32,000 bases of DNA from Flavobacteriaceae bacterium (GTDB lineage: Bacteria; Bacteroidota; Bacteroidia; Flavobacteriales; Flavobacteriaceae): NCBI GenBank assembly GCA_965224465.1, contig OZ245049.1, forward strand, positions 510,001-542,000. The letters are read 5' to 3'. Shown here one piece after another: positions 26,544-32,000 of the stretch. The notes under the pieces are model-generated. The model had not been told where the DNA came from. It saw only the letters and a list, made by a program, of their open reading frames with translations, and ran no database searches. Position 1 is the first letter of the stretch. Each line of letters begins with the position of its first letter. The position numbers and the translations under genes are program-made.

Positions 26544-28448
26544 ATCGAGTAGACGGGTGACAACTGAATAGTTGCCACTGCGCCTCTCACACCACCGTAC
26601 GTACGGGTCTCGTATACGGCGGTTCAAAAAATTGAAGTCTGCGTATTATTAATGTAATCTATCAAAGGTTTATACCCTTTTCGTACAAGTCTAGATTTGG
26701 TAATGGTAGTCTTTAAAATTGGACTTTGGGCTACTGCCCATCCTCCCATTCTGGTTCTACTCCAAGCGTATGCTTGTCCATTCTCTATTCCTAATCTGAT
26801 TAGGTTTTTACGTTTTCGTTCGAGTTTTTTCCAATCGTGCCAAATACAATATCGCAACCGATTTCTTATCCACTCATCTAGCTTTTTAACTTTTGCATAG
26901 ATGTTGGTTAAACGGTAATTATTCATCCAGCCTCGGCAGACTTGATTAAGCCGTTCTAAACGTTCCGACAATGACATTGGTTTGGTTTTCTTGGTAATAC
27001 TCTTTAGGTTACGCTTAAACTTTGCCCAACTTTTCTTTGCTACTACTAGTATATATTGTCCTTTTACTCCCTTTTTGTAGACTGGCACAAAGCCATGTCC
27101 TAGTAACTCAAAGTTTACGGGTCTACGAATGCCACTTTTGGCTTTATTTATAGGTAGTTTTAATTTGTCTTTTAAGAAGACAAACAACGTATTCCCTATT
27201 TGTTTCGCCTCACGTTTGGTCTTTGCGTAAATGCTAAAATCATCTGCGTAGCGGACGTACCGTAAACCCATTCTTTTCATTTCTTTATCCAAGACGTCTA
27301 ACATTATGTTAGATAGTAAGGGACTAATTGGGCTTCCTTGCGGGATTCCTTTTCTACGCTTTTGAAGTTTCCCATTTATTAAAATAGGAACTCTAAGCCA
27401 TTTTCGGATTAAACGCATGGTTGTTGGACATTTTACCCTGTGGTAAATAAGTTGTAGTAGGATACAATGGTCCACTTCATCAAAGAACCCTTTAAGGTCA
27501 ATATCTACAATATCTTGGTAACCATTATTGATATACTGTTGAGCTTGTAGTACTGCTTTTTGAATGTTCTTTTGTGGTCTAAACCGACCAACGGGAGCTC
27601 ATGAACTCCCTAAAATAAAAAGCTGTGAATAACCCAAAACTAAGTGGCTCAAAATCAAATTCGAACTGAACCATTAATTGTTGGCTTACCGCTTGCTGTA
27701 GCCATCTATCTACTACTGTTGGGATTCCTAAAAGTCTGGTTTTACCCTTGCCTTTTGGAATGCTTACTCCTAAGATTTAGTTTGGAACATAGCTATTCTT
27801 ACGGATCGTTGTTAGTATGTCTGAACGGTTTTCAACTATATAAGTTGAAAGTTCCGTTACTTTCATACCATCAACTCCGCTAGCTCCTTTATTTCGCTTC
27901 ACTTGACGTGCTGCTTTAAAAAGGTTGGTAGCTTCTAGTACTTTGTCAATCATAGGTTAAATAATTCGGGTACTCCTGTTGGTTTAAAACTAGGCTAGCT
28001 AGGCATCCTAATTGAATTTCAACGTAATTTAATGTTCTGTCCTTCCCTATTTGTGAGACCATCTGAGGTCTTTCCTCAACTCGTTTCCCATAGGTACTAT
28101 GACGTCTGCTGACTTCTCCATAGAACCAACTCCTGGCTTTGGAGACCTCCCCAGGTAATGACATCTTCTTTCACTCAATCACTGCCGTATCTACATAACT
28201 ACCCTTTTAGTATTCTTTTGGGCGTTGCAATGATGTGTTTACTTACCCAAGTAATTATACCTCTGTATACGGTTTCTGTTCGTCAGTACCGAGCTTTGTA
28301 GTCTCGCTTCCTTCAGATAAAACCTCACGGTTTTCACCCTTGCGACTTACTAATGTTTCAGAACGTTACTCCTGCACATAAGGGACTTGCACCCTCTAGA
28401 TTAATTAACTACCTTTCCGTAGTTAAAAGATGCCCATGCTGGGCACAC
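26544..28448 (-). mobile_element. Group IIC intron, copy 3; 1905 nt, RT-defective
   Basis: It has the same 49-nt insertion (27584-27632) as copy 2. It also has a G-to-T change at 27778 that converts RT codon TCA (Ser in VPNSILG) to TAA. It is inserted at GTTGCCA|intron|AC. Confidence 0.9.
26624..27953 (-). pseudogene. Disrupted intron RT/maturase (insertion plus nonsense mutation)
   Basis: The 283-aa C-terminal ORF is intact (26624-27475). The N-terminal part is no longer an ORF because of the TAA created at 27777-27779 on the minus strand. Confidence 0.85.
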
Positions 28449-28635
28449 ACAATGTATATAATTAATGCGGGGTTTGTGCTTAATTCAAAGAGCTGTGCTT
28501 TCTACAAACAACGCCAAATATAAAATTTAGTTTGTAGAAAAAAATACAAGCAAAATTATTATATTTGGCTAAGTGCTAAACCGAAAAGATAATTCTTTTA
28601 AGTTCCGCACTAATCATATACCAACCGTTATGGGC
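28449..28635 (+). other. Long attC-like site (right part; the left end is at 26537-26543)
   Basis: The reconstituted left end is GTTGCCA|AC-AATGTATA. It has three GTGCT boxes. The central stem joins GCCAAATATAA (28513) and TTATATTTGGC (28569). The right end is ATATACcaaccGTTATGGGC (28627-28635). Confidence 0.65.
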
Positions 28636-28668
28636 AAGTGAAAAAATCCCCACATTAAATAAATTGAA

Positions 28669-30966
28669 ATGAATTATCAAATAGATTATAATACGATTGT
28701 AATAGTAGCCTGCATACCTTTTATAATTGCATTGACAGCAATAGCTTTTCCTTTATTACTACAAACAACCAGTAGAATAGATGATAAATATTCATCAACT
28801 AACTTAGTGAAAGTATTCTACAATAATCGAATTTGTAAAGTTTATTTCTTCTCATTAGTGCTTTCTATAATTGCAATTCCAATTTGGTTTTTTGCTCCTC
28901 CCCGAATTTGGGATTTTGGAATATTTAATGAGTTGGTAGATAAAACCTCCTTTTTAATAATTGGCTTAAGCACATTATTTTTAATATGGAATTTGTTTTC
29001 TCTCGTTTATCTAATTTATGTATTTTATAGCCCTAATAAATTACTTGAATATTTAATTGATAAGCACAACGAAACTAATTTAAAAGAGGAAAGAACAAAA
29101 TATTTTATTTCAATTTCTGATTTACTATACTTCTCAATTCAGAATCCTAATGAAAAAATTGCTCGACAACTTGTTGAGTTTCTTAATCATATTTTCATTA
29201 TGGAAAGAAAAGATAATGAAAGTCAAATTATTAAATATCCATCAGAATACTACGATACAATTTTTGAGGCAAACGAACAAATTTGTTTAAAGAAAAAGAA
29301 AACTATTTCAGAGTATAATGGAAGTACATTTGTTAACCTCTTTATCGATAGTTATCAGAAAACTATTATTAGTGAGGAAACTTACAATGCTATTTGGTTA
29401 TGTCTTAGACAAAGTTTAAGTTATGAAAGAAGCGATATTGTAATGTCTTATTGGGGTAATGCTCATCAGCATTTCAATATGTTTATGCCAGTAATTCATG
29501 AAGAAAGGAATGAAAATTTCAAGGTTATTAATCAAGAAATCATTAGAAAAAGAGAAATTGAAAGAGAAAGGTTTTTAGAATTTCATTATGCCTTTGGAGG
29601 ACTAATGATGTATTTAGGGAAAATGGAATTACTAAAAAGAATAATTAGTCATACAAATCAAACGCCACCTAAATATGTTCTTGTGCCACAGACAATGATT
29701 GAGATAATTCAGAGATATATGAGCATTGAAGAACCTTTACTCAATCCTTTTCAGTTTGAAAGCAGGTATCATTTTCCAGAAAATACAGGAATAAATGCTG
29801 GAGGTATAATAAGAAAATGGATAAGGAAATATTGTGCTTTACTTTTTTTACGCCAATATACCCTCCACGACTATTATTATGGAAGATCTGCTCTTGACTT
29901 ACCAAATGTTCCAAATTCATTAACAGAATTGAATGCTTGGAAAGAAAAATTGGAAAGTTTAAAAAGATTTATAAAAGAGTTACTTGTTGACAATGAGTCT
30001 TTAAAAGAGGTTGGTTTAGGTGATCTAAATAATGATTGGTTTACTAAAAATGAAAAACAAAAACCAGCGGAATTAATAGATACCCTTATTAAAAGAGCAA
30101 ACAAAAAATATGACGAAACAAAAAAAGAACAACCGGTTTCAAAAGACAAGGAAACTGAATTCAAAGCCAAGACTAAAGAAATTGTTTTGCAGGCTATAAA
30201 CACCTATACTGAAGTTAATAATGGCAATGATATTGAAGAAAATTTCAAATCCTATTATATTAATGGAGTTTATCAATTGATGGATAAATCGGGTTTTGCT
30301 GACAATCAAGATATTTCTCATCTTAATTCAGATACTATTGTTGCTCAAAGTGTTGCTTCAAATATACATTTTAAACTTACAAGTACTTTTTCTTATTTTA
30401 TTTCAAAAGATTACTTAATTGAAAGAGAGAATATTTTTGAGGCAATTGACAGGTTAAGTGTCAACCTTAAAGAATATTGTATAATATCATTTGGTGTTTA
30501 CCTTCCGTTTTTAGTAGACAATTTAAAAGTTCCTAATCTAACCAAACAAGGTGAATTCTATTATTTTCATGATACTAAAATAATTACTCTAAACACTTAT
30601 GTAAATGAAGTAGTAAGAGATTCTATTATAGTAATAAAGAAAGACTGTTTGCCTAAATTAGTATTTAAAACAATAGACACAGAAGAATTCACTAAATATA
30701 ACTTAGACGAATTGGATGAGCAAACTCATCTTTCTGCATCAATTGTTGATTTAAATATTAATCAAGATTTAAGGGATGAAATATCACGTAAATCGAATGA
30801 AGATTTAACAAAAAATGTATTAGCATGTATTTCCCTTTGTATTGAAACTCGCTGGAAATCATCTACTACTTGTTATCAATTTAAACCTTTTGACCAATTT
30901 AGAAATAAGGGAATTCCACAAAAATTGGAAGATATTGAAACGATAAATAAAACAACCAGCCCATAA
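28669..30966 (+). CDS. Large membrane-anchored protein of unknown function (about 4 N-terminal TM helices plus a ~630-aa soluble region)
   Basis: 765 aa. Hydrophobic segments lie within residues 10-125. I recognise no motif in the rest. The ORF fills its cassette exactly, and its stop codon lies inside the cassette-end motif GCCCATAAC. Confidence 0.6.
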   Translation: MNYQIDYNTIVIVACIPFIIALTAIAFPLLLQTTSRIDDKYSSTNLVKVFYNNRICKVYFFSLVLSIIAIPIWFFAPPRIWDFGIFNELVDKTSFLIIGLSTLFLIWNLFSLVYLIYVFYSPNKLLEYLIDKHNETNLKEERTKYFISISDLLYFSIQNPNEKIARQLVEFLNHIFIMERKDNESQIIKYPSEYYDTIFEANEQICLKKKKTISEYNGSTFVNLFIDSYQKTIISEETYNAIWLCLRQSLSYERSDIVMSYWGNAHQHFNMFMPVIHEERNENFKVINQEIIRKREIERERFLEFHYAFGGLMMYLGKMELLKRIISHTNQTPPKYVLVPQTMIEIIQRYMSIEEPLLNPFQFESRYHFPENTGINAGGIIRKWIRKYCALLFLRQYTLHDYYYGRSALDLPNVPNSLTELNAWKEKLESLKRFIKELLVDNESLKEVGLGDLNNDWFTKNEKQKPAELIDTLIKRANKKYDETKKEQPVSKDKETEFKAKTKEIVLQAINTYTEVNNGNDIEENFKSYYINGVYQLMDKSGFADNQDISHLNSDTIVAQSVASNIHFKLTSTFSYFISKDYLIERENIFEAIDRLSVNLKEYCIISFGVYLPFLVDNLKVPNLTKQGEFYYFHDTKIITLNTYVNEVVRDSIIVIKKDCLPKLVFKTIDTEEFTKYNLDELDEQTHLSASIVDLNINQDLRDEISRKSNEDLTKNVLACISLCIETRWKSSTTCYQFKPFDQFRNKGIPQKLEDIETINKTTSP

Positions 30967-31039
30967 CACGTGCTCATACATCATAGCTTTGCCGCAGGCG
31001 CAACACAAAGATACGCTGCATAGCACCACCGTTACCTGC
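30959..31039 (+). other. Short (81-bp) attC-like site, intron-free
   Basis: GCCCATAAC-ac-GTGCTcATaCA...TGcATAGCAC-cacc-GTTACCTGC. It has R-type ends AAC/GTT, unequal spacers (2 vs 4 nt), and an imperfect inner stem with bulged bases. Confidence 0.6.
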
Positions 31040-31195
31040 AAGCGAAAAAACAGCCAGCCGCACAAAAAAAGAGTGCCAAAAAAGGCACACATTGTTTTTT
31101 ACCCACCACATTTAACCATTACAATTAAACGACTTTTCTCATTAGAATTTAATGATTTATTATTAAGTTTACAGCATAATTAAATCTGTTCGAAA

Positions 31196-31393
31196 ATGAA
31201 CCGAATAAAAGAAATTCTGAAAGACAAAGGAATCAGTCAAACTTGGCTTGCTAAGGAAATGGAGAAGAGTTATCCTGCTATAAATGATTACGCAAGAAAC
31301 AAACGACAACCAAGCATTGAAGACCTTTACAAGATTGCCGAAATATTGAACGTAGACATTTCGGAACTATTAATATCAAACAAGAAAAAATGA
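31196..31393 (+). CDS. XRE-family HTH regulator (controller-protein-like)
   Basis: 65 aa, roughly 55% identical by eye to the 19027 ORF. Its stop overlaps the start of the next gene (ATGA). Confidence 0.85.
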   Translation: MNRIKEILKDKGISQTWLAKEMEKSYPAINDYARNKRQPSIEDLYKIAEILNVDISELLISNKKK

Positions 31394-32000
31394 AACTAAC
31401 CGATATATTAAGAGACAGTAACTATAAACTAACTCAATTTACAACTGAGCAAATTTCGACATTAGAAAATAGTATCTTTCTAAAAGAAGTTAGAGGAAAA
31501 GAAGTTCCATTTATTAACTGTTTGGTACGCAGAAAAGATATTCAACTAAAACCTGAAGAAGCCATTAGACAATTATATTTAATGGTTTTGAATGAAGAAT
31601 ACGGATATCCATTTGAAAGAATGGAAATTGAGTATGCCGTAAGTTTTGGACGTGAAAAGAAACGTGCTGATATTGTGATTTTCGACAAAAAAGATACCCG
31701 TTCTATCTACATAATGGTAGAACTTAAAAAACCGAAACTAAAAGATGGTAAAGAACAACTAAAATCTTATTGCAATGCAACTGGTGCACCAATTGGCGTT
31801 TGGAGTAATGGAGATTCAATTTCTTTTTATCATAGAAAAGACCCAAACTATTTTGAAGATTTATCTGCAATTCCATCTGCAAGTGAAAAATTATCTGATA
31901 TTTTAACCGAACGTTGGACAATTGACGATTTAGTAAAAAAAGATAAATTAGTTACCGAAAAAAAATCATTAAAAGATTTGATTTTGGAAATGGAAGATGA
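31390..32000 (+). CDS. Restriction-enzyme-like protein, N-terminal part only (HsdR-N / PD-(D/E)xK nuclease domain); truncated by the window end
   Basis: The frame is open from the ATG at 31390 to the last base (my own translation; it is not in the ORF track). It has the motif RADIVIFD...IYIMVELKKP (D...ExK), as in the N-terminal domains of type I/IIG enzymes. Confidence 0.6.
   Translation, partial: MKLTDILRDSNYKLTQFTTEQISTLENSIFLKEVRGKEVPFINCLVRRKDIQLKPEEAIRQLYLMVLNEEYGYPFERMEIEYAVSFGREKKRADIVIFDKKDTRSIYIMVELKKPKLKDGKEQLKSYCNATGAPIGVWSNGDSISFYHRKDPNYFEDLSAIPSASEKLSDILTERWTIDDLVKKDKLVTEKKSLKDLILEMED

Noticed and set aside
16793-28448. A CRISPR-like or tandem-repeat interpretation of the regularly recurring identical segments
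   Set aside because: The repeat units are 1.86-1.9 kb, contain an RT gene and ribozyme motifs, and are separated by protein-coding cassettes. They are group II introns, not a CRISPR array.
30859-31183. ORFs 30859-31092 (minus, 77 aa) and 30989-31183 (plus, 64 aa)
   Set aside because: They span the 81-bp attC-like site and the cassette leader, have odd Cys- and His-rich composition, and show no ribosome-binding context. They are most likely chance frames in a GC-richer recombination site.
498-31921. Remaining short antisense ORFs in the track (498-812, 1234-1437, 6147-6404, 6278-6520, 9219-9554, 16015-16329, 22865-23107, 29877-30203, 30139-30321, 31724-31921)
   Set aside because: Each is nested antisense inside a longer ORF that has recognisable domains or a coherent cassette position. 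They are typical spurious frames of AT-rich DNA.

Overview
This is an AT-rich chromosomal window that looks like Flavobacteriia/Bacteroidota.

**Bases 1-8.2 kb (all minus strand): ordinary corrinoid housekeeping.** A cobalamin riboswitch drives a TonB-dependent receptor and a PepSY-TM protein. Next to it lies a cobQ / threonine-phosphate decarboxylase / cbiB / P-loop ATPase operon.

**From about 8.36 kb to the window end: accessory DNA organised like an integron.** Plus-strand gene cassettes each begin with a GTT-N5-7 motif. Each ends with the exact reverse complement of its own first 8-10 nt (N5-7-AAC), followed by an imperfect hairpin site that resembles attC.

The only intact recombinase (13973-15109) has XerC/D-like catalytic-residue spacing, not IntI-like spacing. 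It is co-oriented with the cassettes and sits in the middle of the array. Its 3' end plus the downstream junction is present in three copies.

**Cassette cargo:**
- Two toxin/immunity-like pairs that share a 22-aa N-terminus.
- A HEPN-like gene carrying an IS30-family insertion.
- A 4-gene module: XRE, TPR-HExxH, MazG-like, and a GIY-YIG-DUF2075-S24 fusion. I cannot match it to any named defence system.
- A stand-alone CYTH/class IV cyclase-like gene.
- A 765-aa membrane protein.
- A partial XRE plus restriction-like gene, cut by the window end.

**Group II introns.** Three near-identical class C group II introns sit antisense at the same position of three attC-like sites. One is intact. The other two share a 49-nt insertion that kills the RT. 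A degraded relic of a fourth, related intron lies at a further cassette end.

All domain calls come from motif recognition by eye. No searches were run.
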